The notes beneath the pieces were generated by a model, which was not told where the DNA came from, did not search any database, and saw nothing but the letters and a program-made list of their open reading frames with translations. DNA of 63,316 bases, counting the filler, from Folioceros fuciformis (taxonomy: Eukaryota), in assembly GCA_049999805.1 (NCBI GenBank). It is 8 parts of 8 records of this genome, joined end to end, with 100 filler letters (N's around TTAATTAATTAA, not from the genome) between each part and the next. Parts side by side here need not be neighbours in the genome. Positions count along the whole stretch, not along the records: positions 1 to 25,121 come from JBNGIO010001957.1; 7 more parts are not named here. One strand, given 5' to 3'. Positions 1 to 13,649 of this stretch are shown piece by piece. A program made the position numbers and the translations under genes. Positions within the stretch are counted from its first letter, which is position 1, and every line of letters starts with the position of its first letter.

Positions 1-210
1 AAGAAACCGTATCTCACTCATATTATGCGGATCCTCCTCCTCGATGCTCTCAACTACACTCACTTCGCATACAGATTGATCTCTTTGCTTTTCGAGATGC
101 TGAAGAAGTGAAGTGCGAATTCATTCAAATCACATCACAAGGCCATCTCATCTATGCTGTCCCATGATCTCCTGGACTCGCGATCCTAAATTCTAAGTCC
201 CAGATCTAAT

Positions 211-669
211 ATGTCTGCTCTTGACAGCACAGAAGCAGAAACCGAAGATGTAGAACAACACGGAGTCACCACATCCCTAGACAAAACACCCGAACCTCAC
301 GCCACAGGAAGCGAGCATCGAAAGGCCATCAAGAAAAGGTTGAGACCGCCTCCCCCTGCAGAAGCCATAAAGAAACGCAAGTCCAAGAAAAGTTTAGACA
401 CTTACAAGATCTACATCTACAAAGTCCTCAAGCAAGTGCATCCAAACACAGGCATCTCCAGCAAAGCTATGGATATTCTCAACAGCTTCATGTGTGACAC
501 ATTTGATAAACTAGCATTGGAAGCATCGCGATTGGCCCGGTACAACAAGAAGCCGACCATCACGTCTCGTGAAATCCAAACAGCAGTAAGGCTCACCCTT
601 CCAGGAGAGCTTGCAAAGCATGCTATATCAGAAGGAACCAAAGCTGTCACAAAATTTACAAGTGCTTAG
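211..669 (+). CDS. H2B: Histone H2B, divergent variant (intronless, 152 aa)
   Basis: Histone fold [23 protein letters not shown]...[49 protein letters not shown]; atypical acidic N-terminal tail. Confidence 0.96.
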   Translation: MSALDSTEAETEDVEQHGVTTSLDKTPEPHATGSEHRKAIKKRLRPPPPAEAIKKRKSKKSLDTYKIYIYKVLKQVHPNTGISSKAMDILNSFMCDTFDKLALEASRLARYNKKPTITSREIQTAVRLTLPGELAKHAISEGTKAVTKFTSA

Positions 670-2643
670 TCTTCTTAGGTTTACTTTCATACATAATAAT
701 TTTGTAGCAAATTCATGTCATTATTGCAGACCTGCATTTAGGATCAACAATAGAAGTTGTTGTATTGTTTGATAGTTAGCTTGATTAGAAAGACAAATCT
801 CTATCAATTTAGAAAAAAACAGTTCAAAATATAACAAAATAATATGCAAAAGCACTAGTGAAAGAAAAAGCATTTAACTTGTTTTCATGAATGTCCAAAA
901 AAGATAAACATGCCTACTTAATTCTATGACTTTTACTGTTTTTTAATATTTTAATAAGTCTACTCATACATTCATCTGGGAATGGAAAGAAAAGGTTTTG
1001 ATTTTATTTTAATTTTAATTTATTTGACTATTGTGTAGTTTGAAACCCATTCTTGTCATTTTGTAGAGAATATTAATTTTATTAATTATGAAATAATAAA
1101 AAGCACAGCTCTTTGAATGAGGCAAAGAAGAAAACTATGACAATGAATGAAAACTATGAACCAAAAGGAAAAAAAAAACCAGGACCTCTAAACAGAAGAC
1201 ATAGTAATTATGGTATCGAGTTAATAAGGATTAATTTAGTTTTAATAATCAAGATGGGATAACTATATATTTAGAGTGATGGCACACGCTGGATAAAATG
1301 AGCTGAAAAAGGACAGTCCTGCCAGATTAGCCAGGTCTGCTGGCTGGCATGAGAGAAGAGTGGGGAACACCCTTCTATCTTCGTTTCCACTCTTTTAGGG
1401 ACGTTTGTTTACTGTAGATATTTCTATTGAGCTATAAGATCTACAGCTGGACTTGGAACTTTACGGGATATTTGGCTCGGCGCTGCCTGCCGTAGAGACC
1501 ATGGATCTGGTCACCGGAGCTGTCGAGGTAGAGCGCCTTGATGGCCTCGGTGTCTTATCTTGGCGTGGAACTTCATCTTGCTGCAGTCTCCAGTTCTCGT
1601 CACTGCACCAAGGGACTTTGATGGATTGGTTGATTTGATGCTTGAAAGCTTGCAATGGATTTGCCTGAGTTTTTGCGCACTGCTCATCTTCATCCTGCCG
1701 CTTCGAGATCTTTCCTCTTCACCTTCGTCGTGAAGCTTCAGTGTCCTGTTGCGTCCTCTTCCTCCTGGTGCGTTCCCGTGGTCAGTGCACATGTTTGGTT
1801 GAAGTGATCTCGCCGGCTCGGTGGCAGGACTGTTGCCCTTGAGGGCGAGCGTTGAGGTCGTCGAAGGAAGAGGAGTTGTCCTTTGAGGATGTCTTGAATG
1901 TGGCGTTTCCGAATGCGGGGGTGGAGCTGTGATCCGCAAATGACGAGTAGCGCTGGCGCTGCCTGAGGATGGCATCCACTGTTACAAACGTGAGAAGCGA
2001 GCTGCTCAGGTTGTCCTGCTGAACGTGCTGCGGGACCGGAAGCAACCGTGGCCCTAGCGGTGTCAGCTTCGATTCTTGATGACTGGAGAGGCGTGACGAG
2101 CTGCGGAAGTAGCCTGGTCTGAATGAGGGCAAGAGAGGTGACTGGGAAGGAGGAGGGGGTAACCTAGGGTTATGCGAAACGGGTCGGAAGTTGTGTTGTG
2201 CCAACGTTTGATCGGCTGACCGAGTCGCTCATCAGTGTCACGGAGTCGATTGGAGCCGGTAGCTTTTCTTGCTGATCGTCAATGCATTTGATGTAAGCAA
2301 TGGATCTCATGGGATTCCCAGGATGGATGGTCTAGGTGAAGGGGGAAATCAGCCAGATTCGATATCAGAGGGCTTTGATCGTCTTCGATGCAAAACCAAT
2401 GCCTCGGAATTAGAGGGGAGGATTGGTGATACACATCCTTGAAACAGAGATGAAAATTGCATCTACCCCAAAGGTGAGGAGAGGACGAGAAAGAAGCAGA
2501 TCCTGGACGTACGTGACAACGATTCGATTCGGGACCGAATCTGTCTGTCTTGTTCGGGACACTGAGCAGACCAGCGCAGGCAAAGGCAAACTCTGCGCTT
2601 GAGAAAAGTCGCAGAATTCGAGACTGGACTCCACATCGATGTC

Positions 2644-3473
2644 CTAGCTTGAAACCTGACGCCGCCATGAGTCCTCCACGATAAGCTCATCTACGCCCCA
2701 GTCCTCGTAACTGCAGCATGAGCGTAAGTTAGGTCTGAACTTGTAACTTGTAAGGAGGGGACCACGACCAAACCAATCAGCACTTCTTCCTTACCTTCCG
2801 TCAGGGAGGTACCGCCGTATGGTGAAAGGAATCTTGCGGTCACGTAGCTCCTTCATGGCAATCTACGAATAGACACAACATCCAACTCGTCACCTCGTTC
2901 TGTGCAGAGCCGACATGACACCTGGATTAGCAGAGTGAAACAATAAGCAATATCTCACCTCCAAAGGATCTGTCTCTCCCTCCAGCTCCACCATCACCGG
3001 GGCATTCATACTGTCACACAGGCAGCAAGAAGTTGAGACGCGCGCGAACACAGAAATCGAAAAGGATTACTGCAAGGCATCCGAGAGACACTGAGCAGAG
3101 CCCATGGCTAACCTACTAACCTAATCTGCAAAGCCCGTGTTCCCAAGACCCGTGCCCGCTCATACTTCGTCATGAACTTGGTGGTCTTTCTTGGCTGATC
3201 GGTCGCAGGTTCTGGCTCCTCCTCTCTGATATCAATGTTGTTGGCAAAAGGATCTTGTGCATCCCCGTTTTCCGACTCCGCCGCTTCCTCGGCATCCTGC
3301 AACGGCACATGTTGAGTCTTGCCAGAAGAAGGAGTCACAAAAATCAAACTTGACGGCCTCCAAGGTGCCACAAGGGAGGACAGCATTCACACCTCCTCCT
3401 CCGGCTCCACCGGTTCATCCTCATAACCAACGTCCCCGCCGTCGAAATCGTTGTAATCTCCATCATCCGCCAT
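2644..3473 (-). CDS. RPB6: RNA polymerase shared subunit RPB6 (147 aa, 5 exons)
   Basis: Exons 3473-3393, 3296-3121, 3010-2959, 2862-2795 and 2710-2644 (all GT-AG) total 444 nt. They read [13 protein letters not shown]...[85 protein letters not shown]. Confidence 0.97.
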
Positions 3474-3544
3474 GTTTGAGTGCGGCAACAGTAGCAACGA
3501 ATTACAGCTTAAAAGCGGTCAGGAAAATTAAGAACCCTCGTACA

Positions 3545-4135
3545 CCGCTGGCTTCTACAACCAGTTCCAGGCCAAGAAATTTGGAAGTATCGAAGACAGA
3601 CTTTATCTACGGCGCAAACTGTTTCCTGTACTAGACTGGAAGCTGCGAGGTGAAGCTCGTACAACGCTGGTTTCTAGAACTAGTTCAGGGCCAAGAAAAG
3701 TGACAGCATAGAAAACAGACACATGTAGGTATGTCTATGGCGCAAGTTGTTTCCTATATTGTACTAGACTGGAAGCTCCGAGGTGAAGGCTCTTGCGCCG
3801 CTGGTTTGTAGAACAAATTCAGGGCCAAAGAAAGTGAGAGCGCAGAAAACAGACTACATATGTCTGTCTGTGCCACAAGTTGTTTCCTATATTAGGAGAC
3901 GAAGTCCATTGCGCAAGTTGTTTCCTACACGCACTAGCAGACAAAGTCTATGGGAAAAGTTCTTTCCTCTGGAGACTGGAAGCTCCGAGGCGAAGCTCCT
4001 ACGCTGCTGGTTTCTAGAACTAGTTCCGGGCCAAGAAAAGTGAAAGCACAGAAGACATACAAAGTCTATGGCGCAAACGAAAACAAACGAGGTCTTTGGC
4101 ACAATTTGGTCTCTGGACTGGAACCTCCGCGGTGA
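3545..4135. repeat. Degenerate tandem repeat (~4 units of ~120-200 bp) upstream of RPB6
   Basis: The core agactggaagct.cgagg.gaagctc...gctggtttctagaactagttc.gggccaagaaaagtga recurs near 3633, 3766 and 3973, with a partial copy near 3545. Confidence 0.8.
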
Positions 4136-5047
4136 TCACATGCTACATATTCAGGGGTTGGCTCTAAGCTGCAGGCTTGGTGGGAAGGCCTGATATAAAC
4201 CCTTGCCGAACTTTGTTCAGGGAAGGCTGAGCAGTAAAGCCTTCGTTTTGAGTCACCTGCCCCTCCTCATCCTCCTTAAACCCTAGCTCCGACAGATCTT
4301 GCTTTCTCATCAAATCTCTGCAGCAAATTAAACAATCATCCAAGCTCTGTACTCAAGGCCAGTGTTTCCAAGCATGCAATCAATTACGGCAGCAGGCTCA
4401 CCTTGACATTCGACATTCCAGATACTTTTTGGATAAGTTTCTGCATCTGCCAGAATCATACTTGTTTTCCTTCAAGCAATCCATGTATTCTGTCATCACC
4501 TGGACAAGATGCCACGTACTTGATCAATACTCAGCGGCCAGCATATCCCACACCACGACAGCCGACGCTTAGCTTGACATCTAATCACTCACACGCTTGC
4601 ACTCTTGCAGGTGATCGAGCGGAAAGACACCTTTCTCTGGAGGTATGGGCTGCAGCCCACGGCCGCCACCGAAGGCCGCCATGCTCACACTGCTACCGTT
4701 GTCCAAACAAAATTAAACTACGTAGTTATTCACATAACACGTCCCATTCTTGCAAGACCTGGTTTATTCCACGGCTTCAGATTCCACACAGAACTTGGCT
4801 ATGGCTGACAAGTCTGTCCTCGATGGCAGCTGCTGCAAAAGAAACGCGCGAGTTTGATCCTAAAATGCGTGCCCTTCACGCCGAGTGGATGGAGTGTAAG
4901 AGTAGGAGTAACGCATGAAACCGCTCGACGAGTTTAAACTTAGCTCAGGTAGATTTGTTCACAATTTTGCCAGCTGATTAGTGTTGGGACTTGGGGTCAT
5001 TTTCGTGAAGGCCTGCTCTGAGAGCACTCCTTCGAGCCTCCAGGACG

Positions 5048-8000
5048 ATGGGGGAGGCCATGGACGCCAGTTTCGCGCTTAATCTGTTCTTAGACGGTTT
5101 CGGAATAGACAGACCCACGCAGGTACGAGGATTATGTTTGCTGGTTTTGGAAGATTTGGTCAGTTCAGACTGCAGCTTTCTAGCTCCGTGTCTGATTTGT
5201 GAGGATGCGCGTCGCTGATTTCTGCTTTGAACATCAGAAGGGTCAGCCTCCTCCGCTGGCTGATGAGGTGATGGACTGTCTGTATCCTTACGACCGAAGC
5301 AGCGAAGGTTTTCTCAGGGTAATTGTTCTCGATGCGTCTGTGTCGACACTCGACCATGGTTCGCGAAGCTAATCGTCCTGGTTTCGTGCAGGCCATAGAC
5401 GGGGGTTGGCTTCCGGTGGATCTTCTGGACGAGATTCCTTGTACTTTTGTCAACGGTTGTGTTGCGTGCGAGGTTGGTGCTGGCGGTTGCCTGTTGCTGC
5501 TTGGACATCTCCTGCACTCTGTTGTGATGAGTTTTTTTTTTTCCTTACATCCTGGCCTTGAGAATTGGTGCATGTTTTCTTGAGTACAGATACGAGACTA
5601 CAGGGACTGTGAGTACTCGGATACTATGCCATTGGACGGCATGAGACGATGGGCTCCCAAACTCAAAGTAGTTGTTCTTCGGCCAGGAATGGAGAATCTC
5701 GTGAGAGACGTCAATAGTATGGCAGATGAAAGTTGGTCATACTCGGATATGTTGGTTGGTCCTACTTCTACTTTCACTGTTTATGTGGAAGCGATGCTAC
5801 TGGATGCCTTGTCAACAGCATCTCCTCATTAGTGTATGTACGGCAGCTGGCTCATGATCTACTACGTTTGGCAGGAACTGGAGTCAAGGATATTGAAGGC
5901 AGTGCGTCCTTCCCTCGATCTTCATCCTTCACGTGCTGTAGCAAGGAAGGCTCACGTTAGCTTCCATGATAAGGTTCGAGAACTTTGTTTCCACATGTCC
6001 AGCAAAATGATGCATTTCGTCGTGGAGAGCATGCTAACGAAATTTGGTTGGTTGGAACCACTCCAGTGGAAACTCAACTCTGGCTGCAGAGCAACCAGGC
6101 GATACAGAACTCATTTTGCTGCAGTCTTAAGCAGACGTCTACGAGCGGCTTCCAGAAAATTGGCTATCCAGTCTGCTGATTATGTTGGATCCAAGACAGT
6201 AATACCTTCCGACATGGACACAGGCAGAGGGTCAAGCGCTTCTCTTCGGCAAGAGAATAAGAGTTCAGAAAATGTGGGTTCTGAATCATGGAATGCAACT
6301 CAACCAGCGGTGGGCACAGGTAAAGGAAGACCTGGAAACGAAGGTTTAGGTTTTACACCAGCAGCTGGATGGCTACCACCTCCTGACCAAGAACAAGCTG
6401 GAGTGTCTGTGCACAGGACATTCCAGGAAATTGGGATTTCTGTTCCTGAAGGAATGCATGGTGCAATGGTACCTCCTACGCCACTGAGGCAAATGTCTGA
6501 TTCACCAAGTTTGAGCACCCCTTCTACACCTGTGACAACAGGAAATTCGGGCCTTGACACCAGTGGAATAGCAATTGGAGATTCTGGTCTTGACACCACG
6601 GGATTAGTTCGTAGTGCATCACTGCTGGGTAAAAGAGAGAGCAGGGATGCCTTAGGGATAAGGTCGGAAAAACGGATGAAGCATGAACCAGTGAAGGGGG
6701 AGAAGGTGCAGCTGCCAAACAAAGCGCATCATAAAGCTGAAGGGAAGCATTCTAAGGATCCACAGGGGAATGAGAAGCATCAGTCTTCCCAGCACCTGAC
6801 AACTGAGAAACTTCATTCTGTTGTTCCTCAGAGAATGGCTAGTATTAGCTCGCAATACGTGAAGCAAGAGGAAGTGTCCATGCATGATGGATATTTAAGT
6901 AACCAGTCAGATGTAAAGGTGTGTCCGGATGAAAACCAGGAACACACAGACTGTGCTGGAGTACAGGAGGAGTACTTGGAGAAGCTAGAAACTGGTGAGG
7001 GTGTTGAACAGCATGCAGCAGTGTCACAATCAGAGTACCTTGAAGATCTGAAGCGGCTAACAGAGGCAGATCCCAGAGTGAAACATCAGGTGATAAAAGG
7101 GCTCCTTTCACGGGGTGGACAGTCGCAGCAGTTTGTATCTCACTCACAGCAGGTTGACGGGAAGCCTGAAAGATCAGAAGTGAAATCAGAGACTATGCAG
7201 ATGAATGATGATAGTACAAATTTTGATGATTTTTGCACGAGGCTCCAACAAGGTGGATTGAAGTGGGGTCAGAAAGCAGATGCACAAGCTATAATGCCTG
7301 GTGGTGGTCACGTACCACCCACCCAGATATCGAATGCTGCAGCTTCTCCACTGATTCTTAATCCCAACCCCATTCTCGGGCCACAAGTGTCTTCATCTGT
7401 CAGTGTCAACCAGATAGCAGAGAAGCCGTTTGTGGATGCTTCATCCTCAAATCTGTTGGGGGTGGGCAGCCTGGAGCAGGCGTCTCACTTTCAAAACATG
7501 CAACAGGCTGTCAGAGCAAGAATAGGTGCTGTTTCGAAACCTTCAGTATCAAATTCAGGAAATGCATCTCCAGTGGGCTCACCAAAGAACCCTGGTAGTC
7601 CATGTCCTGCAGCTGGGCCTCTGGAGCAATCTACCTCTGGACCAGGGACAAAAGATAGTGTTTCTACTCTTGCCTTGCTCGCAGTCATTCGAAGGTCTGC
7701 TCACTTACCCTGCTGGATTTGTATGTTTCTGTTGGGTGTAGTGTCTTCCTTAGTTCGTTAGGCTGCATGTTCATGTGCAGTGTCCTACTTTTTGATGTGC
7801 TGCGAGCCAAGATGTACAGCTTCAGACGTTCAGGATAGATAGATAGATAGATAGATAGGTACGGTAGGCCGTAGTCTCTTGTTTTTCCTATCTTTAGTTT
7901 ATTTGACCTGTTGCAGATTTATGGGAGCCATTTTTTTGTTGAGTTTGAAAATGTGTAGTGGATGGTGACAAAGTTTTGGTCATTAGCTACTAACAATTTT

Positions 8001-10256
8001 TGTCACTAGTCCATCTCAATCTTGTTTGTTACTTTGCGAACCCATGCTTTGTGATGTTTCCAGCCACAATCTGCATACTAAGAAGAAAAAGGTGGAGGAG
8101 GTGTTTCCAATCAGCAATGCAGTACCGCCTTGGCATTCATTGCTGGTTGCTCTGGCAGATGCACCTGATGAACCCAAGGAACTGCCTGGCTCCCGAAGAA
8201 TGGCCACATCTTTAGTTGGTGGTTCAGTAAATTCAAGAAAGAACCGCACGATGGTGTTCCGGCGGATGGAATCTGTTTTTCCAGGTAGATACTCAAACCA
8301 TAGCAACGGATTTTGCGGTTGACATGCTTCCGACATTCATCTTTTGCTTTGCTGGTATGGGTTTGGCTAACGGTAGTGCTTAATGTAGGTCATTCTCCAT
8401 CTGTCCATTACTCTCGGATAAGGTTAGTTATCAGTGGGAGAAGCAAAGATCTTATGGTAGAGGTATCACTCCAATTTGGGGATGAACATGATGAAGAATC
8501 TCCGAATCTTAGTGCCCAGCACCAAGGTTTCTCTTCAGCACCAACTACAGTAAGTCATTTGATGACTTAACTACGTGGATGATTGTTTCGTGTTCTTGAA
8601 TTTCTCTCCATTTATGTTGGGAGTGTTTGTCTGCCTCTGATGCATTTGGTGAGCTCATGTTAACTTTAGACTGGATCTATGCTGCACGATCTGCAGGGGT
8701 TTACGAAGCAGGTTTTCCTCGGTGAATATTCCCTACATAAGGCTGATCTTATTGCCTCTCAGTACACAAGTCTGGTAGGCGAGCAAGGAATGTTGTTTTA
8801 TGCTGCTTGATACTGTGCAATATATGCAATCGTTTGATGAGTTCAGCTGTACGAGATTGTTACGTTTTGTTTGCAGGTTACAAAAGATGGTTATGAACTG
8901 GTGGAGGATGAAATATACGTGGCAGCCAGAAGTGTGGCATCTAATGCTCGTCCAATGCCAGCGGGTGCAACATCGTTGGGGAGTTTTACGGGGCCTGTTA
9001 GTTCTCCTAGATCAACGCTAGGCATGGCTGCCATGGGCGGCAACATGCAGCCATCCTCTCCTGGCTCATTTTCACGCATGCCACCTCCAGGTGGAGCTGG
9101 AATCCGACAATTGCTTGGAAACGACTTGGGTGGGAGCGCAGTTGCACTACAGAAGCAGCCGCAGATGGATGGGACCTCTCAACTGGTACAACAACACCAC
9201 TCTCTAGTGCAACCGCAGCAGCTGCAAAGATCTACAGTCCCAATGTCAGCAAACCAGTTGGCAGCGCAGATGGCTGGACCGACCCACAATCAACAGCAGC
9301 TGAATAGTTCCATAGTCGGACATTCTGCTGCTCACTTGCAGCAGTACCAGTTTTTACAGCACCAACAGCAACATCAGCAACACCAACAACAGCAGAAACA
9401 TCAGCAGCAACAGCATCAGCAGGCACAAATGCTGCAGCATAGGAAACATGTTCTCTATTCCGGTGCTATGGGAATGGGTGCAATGAATGGGATGGCTGGC
9501 ACGAGTGGTGGTGCCCCTGCTGGGATGGGAAATCTAGTGGGTCTGAATGGCATGAATGGTATGTCGGGCATGACATCAATGAATCCTATGACAGGGTCAT
9601 TCATGGGCTTGTCTGGACTCACAAATATGCCGTGCATGAGCTCTCTTGGACCAAATCCTGTTGGGAACTTGATGGCCCAGCAGCTGCGTCCAGGAGCAGT
9701 TCCTTCCCCCCAAACTCTTTCGGCGGCGGCGAAAAATCGCATCATCGCTGCCCAAAGGGCCCGCACAGGAAACGTAGGAGCTGGGCAACCTCCGAGAACT
9801 CCTCTGGATAACATGTCACCCTTAGGGCCCAGTCAGCTGCAAGGCGGGTCAAGAGTGACTATGATGGCACAACCCATAGCGCGGGGGGGTATTGCTCCCG
9901 TGCAACGAACAGCTGGTACAGGGATTGCTTCCCCAAAAAACAATCCAACAATGGCCAGTGTTTCAGGGCAGCCATTTGGAATGAACTCAGCTTCAAATCC
10001 CCAGCAGCTAGGCACACAGCAGCACCTAGGGGGCTCTCAGCCACTAAACTCTTCACTCAATGGAGGCGTATTGGGGTCTTTTGTAGGCGGGCCACAGAGC
10101 CCCCAGTTGAATTCCCAGTCATTGACTTCTGTCACAGGTTTGACAAGCTCTGCCATAGACGTGCAGAATGCAAATCGGGCAAACAGCTTGATGACAGCTG
10201 TGGGGCGTGGAAGGAGACCTTTGTCAACCGTGCAAATGGGACAACCGACTCAATAG
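5048..10256 (+). CDS. PHL: PHYTOCHROME-DEPENDENT LATE-FLOWERING-like / Spt20-domain nuclear protein (multi-exon)
   Basis: Spliced exons read ASFALNLFLDGFGIDRPTQ | LYPYDRSSEGFLR | AIDGGWLPVDLLDEIPCTFVNGCVACE | IRDYRD...PGMENLVRDVNSMADESWSYSDML | ELESRILKAVRPSLDLHP, matching the plant PHL/Spt20 N-terminal region. Long exons follow, including HNLHTKKKKVEE and a Q-rich then M/G/N-rich C-terminus ending at 10256. The start codon is tentative. Confidence 0.88.
7833..7858. repeat. (GATA)n microsatellite in a PHL intron
   Basis: gatagatagatagatagatagatagg. Confidence 0.9.
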
Positions 10257-11250
10257 ACCCACTGAAAGCTTAGTTACGAGAGCAATCGGGACCAGCTGAT
10301 ATCGCACTTGTGCAAAAAAGAGCTAAGGATTGTACGTCTCCCTCTGAATATTGTTTGACTTTGGTTATGGTGTTTGCCTCATCTTCAGTTGCATGGCTTA
10401 TTGACTCCCTATCGATCTGCTTCATGCAAGAAATTCCGCTTTGTAACTCTTGAGGTCATGTGTGTACCATGCAGGTACAAGGACAGAGTTAGGATCTTTC
10501 CGGGTGTCAAAGCCCTAGTGGAAGTTTGTTACGGCATCTCTCGATAAATAGTGAAGTCTTATTCTAAGAGGCGTAACTGAAACTTGAGTACAAGATTGAA
10601 ATAATTTAAACTGGAATTCTGAAACTTGACCACTAACAATGAAGAGGAATGGCAGCTGTGATTCCCATAGTCTTGAACCATGCTTTCGCACGATTAAAGG
10701 TAGTGTGAATATCTCATTCTGTGCTTGTGCGTGGACATCAAATGATCACAGACCAGAAATTGAGAAGAAGTCTATTACAGTCCACCTATTGACTTGAGAC
10801 TCTGTAGATCCTCCTCTCAAGATTTCTCAGAAATGGCTGGCAGGCCGATACATTCTAGAGCAAATTTGCCTTTCAATTGCTCATGTCTTAATGAGCTATA
10901 GATGTTCATATTTATTTGTATTTAGCTAAGCGTTATCGAAGCGCAACGTTGCTAGAAGTCCCTTTAAGGACCCTCATTTTGACCATGTCCCGAGCTCGAT
11001 CCCGGTCCCCCCAAGTGTTAAAAACCATTGGGGGTCCCGGAGCCTAGTGAAGAGTCCGGTCCTGAGCCTCGTTCCCAACAAAACATGGGGACTGATGGTT
11101 CCTGAAAAAGGCCCAGTAATGCTGGGGAGAGCAGCCTTCACAGCAGAGTATATCAGACATTTATATTAATATTTTAATTAATTTATTTGGTATTTATTCC
11201 GTGAAACAACCAAGAGTCGCAAAAAGGCGCGGTTGCAACCAGTTCAGTAG

Positions 11251-11361
11251 GAGGAAAACCGACAAAACGACATTTGATGAGTTGCACAAAAGTGAGAGTA
11301 TGGTTACGAGGAAAACCGACAAAACCAACATTTGTTGAGTTGCACAAAAGTGAGAGTATGC
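11251..11361. repeat. Two-copy ~57-bp tandem duplication
   Basis: gaggaaaaccgacaaaac..acatttg.tgagttgcacaaaagtgagagtatg occurs twice. Confidence 0.85.
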
Positions 11362-13649
11362 TTAGACAAAATTGCATCATCAACCTTGAAGCACTTGTAG
11401 CAATAGTGCCTTCTCGACCTCCTTCTGCTTCCAAGTTTAGGGTTAGAATAATGAAGGAGATCAGTTGGCTGGGGGGGTTCATGATCAACTGGTTTCCTTG
11501 GATATGTAAATGGGTTATGATGCCTCCCCTTCCAAGTGGAGCTTTCTTGATCATCCTAAGCTAGAAGTTCCAGGTCAGGGTAGGTATGAAAATAAAGGGT
11601 TGGTGTGGGTTAAGGTGACTAAGAAATAGTTTATGTGGCGCGAATTTGGAGAGATATTTAGAAAGATATTTAGCGTGTGCTGTGTACGCATATTTTATTA
11701 TTTGTAGCGCGCGTACAGGGCGCTGACTGTCTCATTATACTGCCTGGCATGGCTGCCTTGCAGGCACCTGGTTTCCAGGGAAAACCTTGGGACCTCTGTG
11801 GCCATGTCGCGGGTACATCGTATATAGTGTGTAGAGTGCATGCGAAAGCACCCTAGCTGCAGCCGGCTGGTTGGGACGGTACGTGCCTGAAGCGGGAATC
11901 GTGGAAGGGCAGCAACGCCTGCTGCTTCACAAACGATCCCATGCTCGTGGGCTCAACCGCCAGGAGATGTACACGGTTGCAGCCACAGCCAAATATCTTT
12001 CCTGCCATCTCGTCTCGTCTACGACATAGTGGCAAGTATCAGCAATCAGTACGTGCCCAAAACCCGACCAGGATGTCCCAAATCCCACACAAATCCCACC
12101 CAAATCCCACCCAAATCCATCCCCGTTCCGTTCGTCCTGCCCGTGATCGCGACTCGGATTATGTGCACACATTCCTGACCCACACGCCAGCGGGTCCCTC
12201 TCGTCGGGGCTCCGTTCCCCTTCCACCCGGTGCAGAGCAGGGAAGAGAAGAGAATTGCACTGTACAATGCTTGGGGCTCAGTCTACCTCCGGACACCCGC
12301 CCCAAGGCAATGGAAAACAGGTGCGCAGTGGGGCGGCAACCCGGCAGAAGGGCGCCCAGAAGCAGCCTGGACCCTGCTCCGGGTACCGGGGGGAGGATGC
12401 CAGAATCTCGCGTCCTGCCACGCCGTCCCGCTATTGGCAGATGTATCCGGGGCTGGCAAGACACGACGATGGCAAGAACACGAAGAGGAAGCCGGAGAAG
12501 AATAATGATCTTTATCAAGGTCCACCCAAGTCAAGCCATGAAGGGCCTAACGGACAGTATCATCGCGTAGCACCATACATGATGCGACACTACAATATGT
12601 CCAGCCCAGCTATAAATAGCGGACGGCCGTGAGTGATTGAGACTCGGTAGTCAGGACCTAAGTCGCCCCAGCAAACCGCATGGGGGGAATCGACGAGGCT
12701 TCCAAATCAAGATTCCGACGACGCGGAGGCGCTAGGGCTACTGCTGGGGCTGCAAGGGACAATTGTTGCCGGGCTGACGAGCGTCCAATGCGGCATCCGG
12801 CCCGGGTCTCCCTGCCAGGAACTTTCCACGATTAGCTATGTCAGAGTGACCTAAGAAGATGCACCCCATCGCCATGCGCCATTAGTAAATGCGGTTCTCC
12901 TCTGTCACTCTTGTGCATATACCGAGTTCTCGCATAAGGCGCTGGCACCATAGAGCTTTGCACAGGAGCCTGGGCATCACTGTACTGTGCTCTCGCTTTA
13001 CGTGAAAAACATAGAATAATGACGACTTGGTAATAATGCAGCCCACCGCACCGCTTTCCTGCCCAACAGATGATGGAGGTAAAGCCCACCCCGACTGCAT
13101 GCCGACAACGGTGGGAGCTCCAGGATGTCTCCCTCCTGTAAAGCAGAGAAGCCCAGGGAGACTGAAGGTGAACCCCGACGCGGTGTGCTGTGACTGGGCA
13201 AGACCCGCCGTTACTACCGCTTTCTCGCCGGCTGCACTTGCGGCTTCCGGCTTTTGACCTCTCCTCGGTAGCGGGACCCAGCCCCGGCCTCCTGCTGTCT
13301 GTCTGCTTGTTATCGCTTGCGTCCACCTTACAAATACCCATCGACCTCATTCTCTTTGGCGTGTTCTCAGTCAGCTCTCCACTCCCCAGAGTCGTCAGAA
13401 TTGTCTAGTTCCGTTTCCACTACCACAGGTTAGTCTTGTGAGTCCGAGCGAGCTGCCACACTTCATTACCCTCGTTATCTTGGGGTGAGACAAGGTCGGT
13501 CTTCCGTCTTCATCTCGAGGGTGAGACCATTCGGTATTCTCTATTGTCTTCATAGTGGGCTCACTTCGTCACTCTTCGAAGAGCGGAAGAGGTTCTTTCT
13601 CGGAACCAAAGCATATTTCAAACTTTGTCCGTCGAGCCGCGTGGTCGAG

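Noticed and set aside
1453-2640. Overlapping GC-rich ORFs between H2B and the RPB6 3' end
   Set aside because: No recognisable motif or consistent exon structure; possibly UTR or a decayed element.
5985-10056. Antisense and alternate-frame ORFs over PHL (likewise over the peroxidase, RBR and pol genes)
   Set aside because: Shadows of real coding exons.
11850-13480. Many overlapping ORFs, a TATAAATA at ~12611 and short caaatcccac repeats
   Set aside because: GC-rich shadow ORFs with no family signal and no defined termini; cannot be supported as a gene or TE.
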